Shown here piece by piece: positions 33,934 through 44,449 of a DNA stretch of 47,560 bases. Where the stretch lies: the IMG/VR virus record IMGVR_UViG_3300022177_000082, positions 1 to 47,560 of that record, one strand, 5' to 3'. This DNA comes from a virus. Its lineage: Duplodnaviria > Caudoviricetes. The notes under the pieces were generated by a model that had not been told where the DNA came from, did no database searches, and was given only the letters and a program-made list of their open reading frames with translations. Position 1 is the stretch's first letter. Each line of letters opens with the position of its first letter. A program made the translations under genes and the position numbers.

Positions 33934-36517
33934 GAACCTGGGCGAACTGATAGCCAAATTGGGCGTTGACATTCGGGACCTGAAGGCGGGCCTGGCCGCC
34001 GGCCGCTCCGACCTGGCCTCGTTCAAGTCGGCGGCGGAGTCCCTGGGGACTGCGGTCAAGAAGGCCCTGACCTTCGCCGGCGTCGCCGTGGGGATCTGGG
34101 AGCTGGCCGGGGCTTTGAAGGAGTTCGCCAAGAGTGCCGCCCTCACCGGGGCCCGGACCGAGACCCTGGAAGTCGCCATGAACACGGTGGGGAAATCCGC
34201 CGGGTTGTCCGCCTCCTCCCTCAAGCTCCTCGTTGAAGACCTGAAGGCCGCCGGGATCACCACCCAGGAGTCCATGAGCGCCATCACCCGGAGTATGGCC
34301 GCCGGACTGGATCTGTCCAAGCTGCAGGAGCTGGCCGCCCGGGCCCGGGACGTGGCCGTGGTGGCGGGTGAAAATACCAGTCAGACCATGAACAAGCTCA
34401 TTCACGGGATCATCTCGGGGCAGACCGAGATGTTCCGCACCCTGGGCATTCCCATTGCCAACATGGAGGACGCCTGGAAACGCTACGCCGCGGCCTTGGG
34501 GAAGACCAAGGAAGAGCTGACCCAGGTGGAGAAGGCCAACGCCACACTTAACGAAGTCCTGCAGGCCACTGGGCGATTTGCCGGGGCCGCGGCGGCCGCC
34601 GATACCACCGTGAACAAGATGCTGGCCTCCCTGGCCCGCTTCGCGGAAGAGGCCAAGAACGCCCTCTACCCGGTCTTCGGCCCCTCCATGAAGGCGGCGG
34701 TGGAGTTCATGACTCAGGCCTGGAAGGACCTGCAACAGTGGGCGGAGCGTAACAAGCAGGCCCTCAAGGACTTCGGGGATCAGGTGGCCCGGTGGGTGAC
34801 CTCGGCCCTCACTGCGGTCCGGGCGGCGGTATCCTGGGCGGTGGAAAACCGCCAGCTCCTGGGGACCATCCTGGAGCTGTTCGTGGTAGCCAAACTCACC
34901 GGCTACGCCCTGGCCCTGACCGGAGCCCTAGTCAAACTGGGGAGTGCCCTCAAAACCGTGGCCACCTTCTTCAGCTCTGCGGCCACCGCCGCGTCCGTGG
35001 CCACGGCCATGTTCGGGGCCGCGGTGGTCAAGATCACCGCCGCGGCGGCCGTCCTGGGGGTTTACGGGGCCATCAAAGCGTTTACGGAACCGGATAAGTT
35101 CGGAGGCGATTGGGAGAACGCCCCGCCGGGCATGATCCCGGAGGCCGTTTCCAATATACCCCGGGAGTCACCCAAAAAGCCCTCGCCCAAGACAAAGATA
35201 ACGCCTGAGTCGATGAGGGCCTTCCAACAATTTCATCGGGACCTCCTGGATCAGGAGATGGCCAACGCCAAAAAGAAAGCCCTGGAGGAGGCTCCCAAGC
35301 CTGCCGACAGCAAAGAAAAAGGCGGTGGAGCCAAGGAAAAGGCTCCAGAGGACTTCACTCGCCTTATTGAGAAGGAGCTGAAGGCCCAGCTCGACCTGGA
35401 GCTGGCCAAGAGCGAGGAGGCCCTGAAGAACCTCAAGGCGGAACAGGACAAGAAGAAGGCGATCCTGAAGACCGCCTTTGAAGAGGGCAAGGTGGACGGG
35501 GCAGCCTATTATTCTGAGCTCCGCCGGATGGACGAGGAGTACTACCAGGGGGCCGCCGACCTGATCCGGCAGAAAATCGAGGCTGAGAACCAGATTTTCC
35601 AACAGCAGGTCGCTAGCCTGGAGAAGTCCGACAAGCTCTCCCCCCAGGCCCTGGAACTGGAGAAGCGGGCCATGGCCCTGGAGCACCAGGAACGGGTGCT
35701 CAAGCTCCAGGGGGAACTTACCCGCACCCTCACCGAGCAGGAGCGGGAGCTGGCCAACCAGACCCAGGAGGAGGCCCGCTACCGCAAGGAGATCGCCGAC
35801 ATCCTGGCGGAAGGCGCCGAGGCCCTGGCCCTGGGGCCCATCGCCGAGAAGGAGGCGGAGATCAACCGCCTGTTCCGGGAGCGGATGGAACTCAAGAAGC
35901 GCATTCCGGCGGAGAACCTGTCGGAGTTCGATACCCAAACCCAGGGCCTGGTCGAGAAGAAGACCATCGGGGAAGAAGCCCTGGGTTGGGCGGAAACCTT
36001 CTCGGGGGGCATCCGGAACTTCGTGGAGACGGTGGCCGCCGGCGGGGCCGACATCACCAAGGCCATGAACAGCTTCTTCAAGCAGATTTTCAGCCAGAGC
36101 CTGGAGAAGGGGTTCAAGCAGCTGACCCAGTGGCTCACCAACGTGTTCACGGAGCTGTTCGGGGCCCTGGGGTCCACCCTGGCCAACGCGGTCATGGGGA
36201 TCATCGGCCTCATCGGGATGCTGCTTACCTCCGGGGGCGGCAGCAAGTCCTGGACCCCTTCGAACATCGAAAGCAAGGTCACGTCTTCCAAGGAGCTGCG
36301 GGGGGTCATCGCCGGGGAGACCTCGCTGCCCATTGCGGAGATCTCCGGCAGTTTGAGTGAGGCCATGGCCCCGGCCAACCGCTACCTGGCAGAGATCGCC
36401 TCCAACACCCGGGGCCTCAAGAACTTCGGGATCAACATCACCATCGAGGGGCTGCAGGAGGCCATCAAGGAAGCCTTCGACCGCTACTTTGCCGACGCCC
36501 TCATGAGGGTTGCGTAA
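33926..36517 (+). CDS. Tape measure protein
   Basis: 'LGELIAKLGVD' start; long Ala-rich helical protein with hydrophobic segments. Confidence 0.9.
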   Translation: MAENLGELIAKLGVDIRDLKAGLAAGRSDLASFKSAAESLGTAVKKALTFAGVAVGIWELAGALKEFAKSAALTGARTETLEVAMNTVGKSAGLSASSLKLLVEDLKAAGITTQESMSAITRSMAAGLDLSKLQELAARARDVAVVAGENTSQTMNKLIHGIISGQTEMFRTLGIPIANMEDAWKRYAAALGKTKEELTQVEKANATLNEVLQATGRFAGAAAAADTTVNKMLASLARFAEEAKNALYPVFGPSMKAAVEFMTQAWKDLQQWAERNKQALKDFGDQVARWVTSALTAVRAAVSWAVENRQLLGTILELFVVAKLTGYALALTGALVKLGSALKTVATFFSSAATAASVATAMFGAAVVKITAAAAVLGVYGAIKAFTEPDKFGGDWENAPPGMIPEAVSNIPRESPKKPSPKTKITPESMRAFQQFHRDLLDQEMANAKKKALEEAPKPADSKEKGGGAKEKAPEDFTRLIEKELKAQLDLELAKSEEALKNLKAEQDKKKAILKTAFEEGKVDGAAYYSELRRMDEEYYQGAADLIRQKIEAENQIFQQQVASLEKSDKLSPQALELEKRAMALEHQERVLKLQGELTRTLTEQERELANQTQEEARYRKEIADILAEGAEALALGPIAEKEAEINRLFRERMELKKRIPAENLSEFDTQTQGLVEKKTIGEEALGWAETFSGGIRNFVETVAAGGADITKAMNSFFKQIFSQSLEKGFKQLTQWLTNVFTELFGALGSTLANAVMGIIGLIGMLLTSGGGSKSWTPSNIESKVTSSKELRGVIAGETSLPIAEISGSLSEAMAPANRYLAEIASNTRGLKNFGINITIEGLQEAIKEAFDRYFADALMRVA

Positions 36518-36777
36518 TGGCCCTGATCGCCCGGTTCAGCCCCCGGCCCGGCGGCGGCGAAGCCGTAACCTTCAGGGGGAGCGTCCCGAACCAGGCGGTC
36601 TACTGGTCCCTGGTGAGCGTGAATGAGGATACCGGAGTGGAGGGCCCGGCCCTGGGCAGCCTCAAGTGGAGCAAGACCCATACCGACGCCTCCCGGTGCT
36701 GCCTGAACTTCTACTTTGCCCCGGAAGTCGTGACCCCCGGGGTCCATGACCGGGTGAAGGTGAGGTACGTGGCGTAA
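36517..36777 (+). CDS. Small tail protein
   Basis: 86 aa, TAATG coupling; 'GSL....THTD' resembles the C-terminal module of the next genes. Confidence 0.6.
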   Translation: MALIARFSPRPGGGEAVTFRGSVPNQAVYWSLVSVNEDTGVEGPALGSLKWSKTHTDASRCCLNFYFAPEVVTPGVHDRVKVRYVA

Positions 36778-37736
36778 TGGCACTGGAACTCATCTATACC
36801 AGCACCAAGACGGTGGCCAACGTTAGCGGCCTGGGGAGCACGGACGCGGCTGTGTTCATGCCCAACTGGGACGCGGTGCTGACCCGCCTGGCAGTCTATT
36901 CGGGCTACGGGAACCTGTTCAAGGTCTTTCGGGACGGCACCGCCATTTGCATCGGCAACCAGCTCTCCGGCCTCAGGTTCGGCAGCCTGGCGGGCGGCGG
37001 GGGCGTGGCCCTGGTCCCGGTCACCGGCGGCTACGACGCCTACGGGCTGGACCCCATTGCCGGGCAGCCTGACTACGGCCGCAAGCTCAACGGCCTGGTC
37101 CTGGATGGTGGGTGGATACTCTCGGGCGACCTGTTCGACCCGGACCAGGGGCTGCTCTACCACCGGGGGTCCGGCGGCCGCACCGTGGAGCGCCGCCGTC
37201 TCAGCGACGGCCAAGTGGTGAGCAGCTTCTCCATCGAGGCCGACACCCAGATCGCCTATCACGCCTATCACTACGCCGGGGCGGGGCGGGCCCTGGCGGT
37301 GAGCTACAACTCCCCGGGCAAGGCGGTGTTCTTCGACTACAACACCGGGGAGATCGTTCTGGCCAGCGAGCTGGGTCTGGCCGCCCGGATCGTCGCCTAT
37401 GACCACCTGCACCGGCTGGTGATTGCGGTCCTGGCGGACGGCCGCGTCAAGGTCTTCACCTCCGAGGCCCTGCCGGCCAATTTATCCTCCCCGGCGTTTG
37501 CCCCGGCCGCGGCCGGCAAGCTCCAGGGGAACGTCCTCACCACCCGGCTCACCGGCAGCCGGGGGGAGCCCATCGGTGACGCCTGGGTCAAGTGGCGCCT
37601 GGCGGGCGATAAGGGCAGCCTGGAAAAGCCTTACACCCGGACTGACACCGACGGCTACGCCCGCAATTTCTATTACGGCCCGGAGACCGACCTGGGTCTG
37701 GGCCAGGAGACGGTGATCGTGGAGGTGGTGGTCTGA
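36777..37736 (+). CDS. Tail protein (propeller-like repeats plus Ig-like C-terminus)
   Basis: Operon coupling; strand-rich sequence. Confidence 0.6.
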   Translation: MALELIYTSTKTVANVSGLGSTDAAVFMPNWDAVLTRLAVYSGYGNLFKVFRDGTAICIGNQLSGLRFGSLAGGGGVALVPVTGGYDAYGLDPIAGQPDYGRKLNGLVLDGGWILSGDLFDPDQGLLYHRGSGGRTVERRRLSDGQVVSSFSIEADTQIAYHAYHYAGAGRALAVSYNSPGKAVFFDYNTGEIVLASELGLAARIVAYDHLHRLVIAVLADGRVKVFTSEALPANLSSPAFAPAAAGKLQGNVLTTRLTGSRGEPIGDAWVKWRLAGDKGSLEKPYTRTDTDGYARNFYYGPETDLGLGQETVIVEVVV

Positions 37737-38830
37737 TGGCCCTGGAACTGCTCCTCACCGTGGCCCCCTGCCTCACCTATGCGCCCTACACCGGCGGGAG
37801 CAGCAGCCTGTTTCCGGCCTATCTGTATAACACCTGGCTCATCACTCCGCCCCGGCAGTACCAGGAGTCCCTGCAGCCGGCCCGGCACTTCTTCTATGAA
37901 CCCAACGGGGACCACCTGGTCCTCCTGGGGATGGAGCTTTATCTCTTGTATCCCGGCTGGCGGATGGTGCGCTACGTCTGGAACGCCGAAAACGGAAGTT
38001 TGGTTTCGGACCTGTCCGGTCCCCTCACCAGCGCCCCCTACTGGATCAGCTGGAATTACTCGGCCGAGACCGGCGGGTTCGGCAAGGTCTACGCCTGCGG
38101 CAACTCCTACACCTACGTCCAGGAGGTGGACTGGCGCACCCTGGCACCCGTGCCCGGAGGCTTCAAGACCTGCGACTGGCCCGACCATCCCATCTTCCGG
38201 CACGCGGTGGTCAACCGGACCCACCAGGTCCTGGCCGGGGTCGGCTCCTGGTTCCTGGAGGTGTGGGACTACCAGACCCCCGTCAAATTGGGGGAGCTGC
38301 GCCTCCCCTACCTGCTCTCCGATCTGGCCTATGAGAACGACGATCTGCTGTGGGCCGTGCACCAGAACGGTCTCCTGTCCAAGATCGACTACCGGCAGCG
38401 GCGGTTTGAGACCCTAACCCGGATCAAGGCCCCGGACCCGGAGGACCTGAACTACCTGGCGGCCTTCGACAGCAGGAGGAAGCGCCTGGTGATCTTCCGG
38501 CACAAGCCCGACGCCGCGGATGGAGCCTGCCGCTGCCAGCTGGAGTTCTACCGGCCCCACCCCCGCCCGGTGCTTCTCACCGACCCGGTGCCCATTGCGC
38601 CCTTACGGGTGAGTCAGGAAACCCCGTTCATCTCCCAGGTCATGGGAGACGGCGGCGAGGCGGTGACCAACGTCCTGGCCACGGGCACCCTCCTGGACCC
38701 GGTCCATGGGCAGCTCACGGCCAGCGGGGCTTCCACCGGCCTGGACGGGGCGGCCATGCTGCGCTACCAGGCCCCCGATGACCCGGCCACGGACACCCTG
38801 CAGGTGACCGTCACCGTACCGGACGAGTGA
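37736..38830 (+). CDS. Tail protein, likely paralog of the preceding gene
   Basis: Shared MALEL start and similar architecture. Confidence 0.6.
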   Translation: MALELLLTVAPCLTYAPYTGGSSSLFPAYLYNTWLITPPRQYQESLQPARHFFYEPNGDHLVLLGMELYLLYPGWRMVRYVWNAENGSLVSDLSGPLTSAPYWISWNYSAETGGFGKVYACGNSYTYVQEVDWRTLAPVPGGFKTCDWPDHPIFRHAVVNRTHQVLAGVGSWFLEVWDYQTPVKLGELRLPYLLSDLAYENDDLLWAVHQNGLLSKIDYRQRRFETLTRIKAPDPEDLNYLAAFDSRRKRLVIFRHKPDAADGACRCQLEFYRPHPRPVLLTDPVPIAPLRVSQETPFISQVMGDGGEAVTNVLATGTLLDPVHGQLTASGASTGLDGAAMLRYQAPDDPATDTLQVTVTVPDE

Positions 38831-38837
38831 GGATGAC

Positions 38838-39389
38838 ATGGCGATTATCACGGCCCAAACCACGTTCAATGTCGAAGCGACGGAATACCTGGAAGAAATC
38901 CTGGACCTGGTGCTGCTCCCGGAGGCCCCGGGCCTGGACGCCCTGCGCTTCCTACGCTACCCCGGGGACCTCCTGCCCCCCCTGATCTACGAGCAGAACC
39001 CCGACCGGTGGGAGAACTTCGACACCGTGCCCCTGACCGGGCGGCCCCTGTCCAAGACCGACCTGACCCTGGAGGGGACCCGGACGGCGCAGTGGCCCGG
39101 GTATATCGCCGACCGGCCGGTGCGGGAGACCTGGAAGGGGGATGAACGGCGGCTCTCGGCCAGTCTCTATTTCTTCCGGCGGCTGTGGGAGTACTGGGCC
39201 AACCCGCCTTCGGACGGCTACATCACCTGGTGGCCCCAGGACCGCACCAGCCAGGGCTACAACATCCACATCGAGGACGTCTCCGTGGCCGGGAGCGAGA
39301 CCGTGAACCTGGACTACATCGCCACGAGAAACGGCTATCTGGTGGGGGACCTGGTGTTCACCTTCAGGATCATCGGAGAGGCGTCGTGA
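38838..39389 (+). CDS. Putative distal tail protein
   Basis: 183 aa; position before the large tail-tip gene. Confidence 0.5.
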   Translation: MAIITAQTTFNVEATEYLEEILDLVLLPEAPGLDALRFLRYPGDLLPPLIYEQNPDRWENFDTVPLTGRPLSKTDLTLEGTRTAQWPGYIADRPVRETWKGDERRLSASLYFFRRLWEYWANPPSDGYITWWPQDRTSQGYNIHIEDVSVAGSETVNLDYIATRNGYLVGDLVFTFRIIGEAS

Positions 39390-41041
39390 GAGACCTGCCC
39401 TTTGAACTGGCGGCCCGGCTGTTCTCCGGCCGGCGCCTCCCGGCCTTCAAAATCTACGCCTGGGACCCGGAACAGGACAATTATGCCTCCATCATCAGCG
39501 GGGAGTATAACCAGGCCCCGGTGGACCTGACCCCCTACTGCTCGGACCTCCAGTGGACCCCGGGGCGGCTGACCTTCACCTTGAAGGACAACGAGGCCAT
39601 GCTGTTCAACCCGGACACCGGGGATGCGGCCCCCTACCTGGTCTCCGGGGCCATCATCCGGCTCAAGGAAGGGGACGACCGGGTGGCGGAGGCTCACTGG
39701 CTCTGGACCTTCACCGGCAACATCAACGGCCAGATCGGCTGGAGCCGGTCCCGGCGGGGAAAGAAGTACGAGGCCAAGGTCACGGTCTTCTCCCGGGAGA
39801 ACTCCCAGGGCTTCAAGCGGCGGAAGATCACCAGCCCGAGTTATACGGTAGGCACCGACCTGGGGGTGATGCTCCGGGACATCTGCCTCACAAACCTGGG
39901 GATGAACGAGGCCGAGCTCCGGGTGCCCGCGACCCTGGGGTACTACTTCCACCACAACACCAACCAGATCGTGGAGATGACCCCCTGGGAGAGCTTCGAG
40001 TCCATCCTGCAGGTGGGGCTGCAAAGCCCGTTCTTTGACGGCGAAGGGAAGCTGGCGGGCTACCGCCGGGACGTGAACCGGGCCCCGGACGTGATCCTGC
40101 CCGACGGCCACCGGATTTACGACCTGGAGGTAGTGCAGCGCACCGGCGACGCCACCAACAAGGTCATCGTCACCTACCTGGACAGCCAGCTTACAGAGGT
40201 GGACGGCGAATACCAGAAGCTGGGGACGGCGCAGATCACCACGGGCTTCTTCACTAACGAGGAAAAGCTGGACTGCTGGTGGAGCGAGGACCGGCGGCAG
40301 CGGGCCCGGAACACCCGCCTCAAGATCATCAAAAGCGTCAACGGCAACCTGCTTCCTGTGGGCACGGAGAAGTACCGGGAGATTGACGAATTTCACGGCC
40401 GGATCACCATCACCATCTCCTCCTGGGTGCCCCTGCTGGCCACGGGCATGGTGCTCGAGTACCTGGCCGCGGCCATGATCCCTGATAAGACTGAGGCAAC
40501 GACATCGGGGTTTACCGCACCAACTATACTGACGGGGGAATGCGCCGCCGGAGTCTGTACTGTAGAAGCACCGCCTATAGCGGTAAGAACCGCCGAGGAT
40601 CCGGGCGCGGGTTGGACTATCCCCTGGGGACGCGTCCTCCAGGCCCAGGCCTCCATCGGCATCATGCTCATCATGATGAGCCTGGGCTCAGCCCAGTACG
40701 AGGTCTGGGGCATCCCTTATGACCTGTGCTACCTGGAGAAGACGGTCATCGCCCAGGAGGAGGGCCTCGAGTACTGGCAGGAGGTGGAGCTGGAGATCAA
40801 GAACGACTTCATCGGCACCGCGGCCCAGGCCGAGGCCCTGGCCCTTAACGAGCTGATCTACCAGAAATCGGCCTCGTACCCCCGGAAGGTGGTCATGGAG
40901 GATCACCCCGGGATCGAGATCGGGGACATCGTGCAACTGCCCGACGGCCGCCGGGTCTTCGTGCAGGAAATGTCACGGATCCTCAAACGGGGCGAGATCC
41001 CCATCCTGGAGATCACCGGCTTCAAGGTGCTGACGGTATGA
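39386..41041 (+). CDS. Putative tail tip/hub protein
   Basis: GTGA coupling; C-terminal 'PGIEIGDIV' hub-like motif. Confidence 0.6.
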   Translation: MRDLPFELAARLFSGRRLPAFKIYAWDPEQDNYASIISGEYNQAPVDLTPYCSDLQWTPGRLTFTLKDNEAMLFNPDTGDAAPYLVSGAIIRLKEGDDRVAEAHWLWTFTGNINGQIGWSRSRRGKKYEAKVTVFSRENSQGFKRRKITSPSYTVGTDLGVMLRDICLTNLGMNEAELRVPATLGYYFHHNTNQIVEMTPWESFESILQVGLQSPFFDGEGKLAGYRRDVNRAPDVILPDGHRIYDLEVVQRTGDATNKVIVTYLDSQLTEVDGEYQKLGTAQITTGFFTNEEKLDCWWSEDRRQRARNTRLKIIKSVNGNLLPVGTEKYREIDEFHGRITITISSWVPLLATGMVLEYLAAAMIPDKTEATTSGFTAPTILTGECAAGVCTVEAPPIAVRTAEDPGAGWTIPWGRVLQAQASIGIMLIMMSLGSAQYEVWGIPYDLCYLEKTVIAQEEGLEYWQEVELEIKNDFIGTAAQAEALALNELIYQKSASYPRKVVMEDHPGIEIGDIVQLPDGRRVFVQEMSRILKRGEIPILEITGFKVLTV

Positions 41042-41505
41042 GCCTGTTCAAGATCATCGACTGGGGCGTGAAGCGGGAACAGGGGGCGGTGCGGGGCACC
41101 GTGGCCTCGGGGTTCTACCGTTATTACGACGACGCCACCGGCTGGACCTGGGCCGTGGACGTGGACATCGGCGGCGGCAAGACCCTGAAGGCCGTGCCTG
41201 TGGCCCTGAACAACCGGGACATCATCTACGCCCAGCAGGGCTTCCCGGTGGTCCTGTCCAAGGTGGGGAACAACCGGCACGCGGTCTCGGGCATTTCCAA
41301 GGTGGTGGTGGGCACCACCACCTATCTCTATGTGAACCTGAAGGAGAGCCTGGGGCAGATCGTGCGGCGGGAGACCCGGGGCAGCTACGTCCGGCCCGTG
41401 ACCTACGGCGAGTTGGCTGCACTGGGGGGCTACGGCAACGTCCCCTACGGCGCCCGGGGCCGGTTCAATGCCGCCGACGACAGCCTCATCGAGTTTGTGG
41501 TGTAA
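41038..41505 (+). CDS. Tail protein
   Basis: 155 aa, ATGA coupling. Confidence 0.6.
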   Translation: MSLFKIIDWGVKREQGAVRGTVASGFYRYYDDATGWTWAVDVDIGGGKTLKAVPVALNNRDIIYAQQGFPVVLSKVGNNRHAVSGISKVVVGTTTYLYVNLKESLGQIVRRETRGSYVRPVTYGELAALGGYGNVPYGARGRFNAADDSLIEFVV

Positions 41506-41517
41506 GGGGGGAGACCC

Positions 41518-43362
41518 ATGAGTATCGACATCCTGCAGCTGATCACCAACGACACGGACTATATCGCCAAGCACAACACCAACTACGGGGTCATCAAGGC
41601 CGCCGTGGACCTCCTGCAGATGCAGATGTCCTCGGTGACCAGCGTGTCCGGCGTGTCCGTACCCCTGGGCCTCATGGAGATCTTCGACCGGACCGGCCTG
41701 GTAGGGTCCGGAAGCTTCGACTTCAATGAGGGGGTGAAAACCGGCCCCTCCTATTATCTGGAAGTGGCAGCCGGGGCCTGGTGGAACGGGGCGGAATGGT
41801 GCCAGAAGCTGAGCGCCACCAACATCAGCCTGGCCTCCTACAACACCGGGACCTATTACCTGAACATCGACAGCACCGGCACCCCCACCATTGCCCAGTC
41901 GGCCACCGCGGGGCGCACCGCCCGGCAGTTCCACTGGGACGCCACTACCCACACGGTGAGCGCCAAGGCCCTCTACACCGGGGCGGCGATCCTGTTTGAC
42001 GGGGATGATTACGCCGACATGCTGGACTCGGCCGCCCGGGGCCTGACCTATGGGAAGGTGGCGGACCGTCTGGAGGACATCGAGAAGCTGCTGGCGGAGT
42101 TCACCAACTACTACGGCCAGGACCTGGCCCAGACCACCGGTCTGGAGTTTTACTACCTGGCGGGCAAGGTCAGGAACGACAGCACTGTCACCGACACGCC
42201 GGCGGGACACCTCACCCTCACGGCCAGCACCACCAATTATATCGAAGTGGACCCGGCCACGGGCGTCGTGAGCGCCAACACCACGGGGTTCACCTCGGGG
42301 CTGATCCCCCTGTTCCAGGTGGCCACCGGGGCCTCCGCCATCACGTCGGTGACCGATAAGCGCACCTGGGCCGTGGCCGGGACCGGCGGCGGCGGGGGCG
42401 GCGGCCACACCCAGGGGACCGACCTGGGGACCACCTCCGATACCTTTACCCTGGACACCGACGCCACCGGGACCCCCACGGGGCGGGTGCAGCTGCAGGT
42501 GGAGAACGGGGACAACCCCAACGCCGCCCTGGCCTATAACCGGGATACCGGCAAGTGGGAGTACAGCACCGACGGCGGGTCCACCTGGCGGGAACTCAAT
42601 GACCCGAACCTGGACCTGGGGGCGCAGGAGCTGACCAAGTACACCCCCCGGGAGGACCCCGACCTGGTGCTGGAGGAGTTGGGGCGGGGCAGTTCATCGG
42701 ACTATGAGGACCTGGACCTCTCCGGGTTCATCACCGCCCCCTTCGGCGCCACCGCCGTGGTTCTGCGGGTGTTCTTCTGGGATTCGGCCCAGGGAGAGAT
42801 GGTCAACGTCCTGTTCAAGAAGAAGGACGCGGCCGGCTCCCCGGCCCTGGCCTGGACGGTGTGGGCCGGGGCCCAGGACCCCGCCACTCTGGTCATCCCC
42901 CTGAGCGACGCCGGGGCCCTGCAGTACTGGGTCAACGCCTCCGGGACGACGAGCGCCAATCTCCGGGTCTTCCTCCAGGGATATTACGAACGGGTCACCG
43001 GCGTGGGCACCCAGGAGCGCACCTGCTCCCAGACCGGGATCGCCGTGCCGGCCGGCGGGAATATCACCCTGAACCTCACCGGCGAATGCAACCGGGGCCT
43101 GGCCCACTACCTCAAGCTGGAGGAGACCGGGGGCCTGGTCTCCGGGGTCTATGACATCGAGTTCTACCGCTACGACACCTTCACCGGCCTACTCTACAAG
43201 GCCACAGATATCGACCCCCAGGGGGCGGCTTATGAGGATTTCGTCCCTTGGTGGATCGCTGACGGGGACAACACCAGCGAACTGCACGTCAAGCTGAGCA
43301 ACCATGACACCGGCAACCAGGCCACCTTCAGCCTGGACCTGGTCTATGAGAAGTTCGCCTAG
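41518..43362 (+). CDS. Tail fibre/receptor-binding-like protein
   Basis: Thr/Gly-rich; 'TLTASTTNYIEVD...GVVS.NTTGF..G.IPL' fibre motif; poly-Gly hinge. Confidence 0.7.
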   Translation: MSIDILQLITNDTDYIAKHNTNYGVIKAAVDLLQMQMSSVTSVSGVSVPLGLMEIFDRTGLVGSGSFDFNEGVKTGPSYYLEVAAGAWWNGAEWCQKLSATNISLASYNTGTYYLNIDSTGTPTIAQSATAGRTARQFHWDATTHTVSAKALYTGAAILFDGDDYADMLDSAARGLTYGKVADRLEDIEKLLAEFTNYYGQDLAQTTGLEFYYLAGKVRNDSTVTDTPAGHLTLTASTTNYIEVDPATGVVSANTTGFTSGLIPLFQVATGASAITSVTDKRTWAVAGTGGGGGGGHTQGTDLGTTSDTFTLDTDATGTPTGRVQLQVENGDNPNAALAYNRDTGKWEYSTDGGSTWRELNDPNLDLGAQELTKYTPREDPDLVLEELGRGSSSDYEDLDLSGFITAPFGATAVVLRVFFWDSAQGEMVNVLFKKKDAAGSPALAWTVWAGAQDPATLVIPLSDAGALQYWVNASGTTSANLRVFLQGYYERVTGVGTQERTCSQTGIAVPAGGNITLNLTGECNRGLAHYLKLEETGGLVSGVYDIEFYRYDTFTGLLYKATDIDPQGAAYEDFVPWWIADGDNTSELHVKLSNHDTGNQATFSLDLVYEKFA

Positions 43363-43373
43363 GGGGGACAGCC

Positions 43374-43436
43374 ATGATTCATTGGGTCAAGGCACTATTG
43401 GGATTTTTAATCTTCTGTATCCTGTGGAATGGTTAA
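43374..43436 (+). CDS. 20-aa hydrophobic micro-peptide
   Basis: MIHWVKALLGFLIFCILWNG; GGGGGA RBS; fills the intergenic gap. Confidence 0.4.
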   Translation: MIHWVKALLGFLIFCILWNG

Positions 43437-43441
43437 TAACC

Positions 43442-44449
43442 ATGGCCCGGAAATTCATCGACGGGTTTGAAAGCGGCGGACTGGGACTGTGGACCAATGT
43501 CGGCCAGTATGCTAGCCTGGCCACCGGCATCTCCGGCATGAGTGGGACCTACTGCCTGGACCTGGCCACCGGGTCCGCCCCCAACTCAAATGTCCAACTG
43601 GCCTTGGCCGGTGCCTCTGAGATGTACTTCGCCTTCAAGCTGCGGCGGACATCGGATAGCGCTTTAAATAACATCCTAACCCTGTTGAAGGGCAGCACCG
43701 CCATCGGTGGCCTGAAAATCCCCGCCTCCGGCGCCAATGCCGGGAAGCTGACGGCCTACGTCGGCACCTACACCAATGAGACCGTGGCTGGGCCAACCTA
43801 CATCAGCAAGGACACTACCTATCTCATCGAGGTGCGCTACAAGGTGGCGGACTCCGGCGGCATCATTCAGGTGAAGCTCAACGGCAGCCTGGAAATCGAC
43901 TACACCGGCGACACCAAGCCGGGGATCGACACCACCTTCGATCTCATCAACTTCGGGGCCTATGTCTCTTACAATGCCTTTTTCTATCTCGACGACGTGG
44001 TGATCGATGACGCCAACTGGATCGGCAATTCGCAGATTCAGGGGCTCATGGCCAGCGAGGCGGGGAACTCCACGCAGTGGACCCCCTCGGCGGGGGCCAA
44101 CTTCGGCTGCGTGGATGAGGTCCCACCGAACGACAGCGATTACGTCAGCACCAACACCGACGGGGCCCTGGACCTCTACACCTTCTCCGATCTGCAAGGA
44201 GCCGTCGATGCGGTCAAGAGCGTCCAGGTCCAGGCCCGGATGCTCAAGGAGGGCTCGCCGACACCGCAAAAGGGGCAGCTGGTGGTAAGGTCCTGGGGGG
44301 CCGACTATGTCAGCGGCAGCAAGGTCCTGCCCATCGCCAGCCCCCGGGCGGTCTGCCATCTGTGGGAGGCTAACCCCAATACCGGGGCGGCCTGGACCAC
44401 CACCGGGGTCAATAGCGCCGAGTTCGGCATCAAGGCAGTGGTGAGCTGA
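43442..44449 (+). CDS. Virion protein with lectin/LamG-like N-terminus
   Basis: 'DGFESG', 'YLIEV', 'YLDDVVI' beta-sandwich motifs. Confidence 0.6.
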   Translation: MARKFIDGFESGGLGLWTNVGQYASLATGISGMSGTYCLDLATGSAPNSNVQLALAGASEMYFAFKLRRTSDSALNNILTLLKGSTAIGGLKIPASGANAGKLTAYVGTYTNETVAGPTYISKDTTYLIEVRYKVADSGGIIQVKLNGSLEIDYTGDTKPGIDTTFDLINFGAYVSYNAFFYLDDVVIDDANWIGNSQIQGLMASEAGNSTQWTPSAGANFGCVDEVPPNDSDYVSTNTDGALDLYTFSDLQGAVDAVKSVQVQARMLKEGSPTPQKGQLVVRSWGADYVSGSKVLPIASPRAVCHLWEANPNTGAAWTTTGVNSAEFGIKAVVS

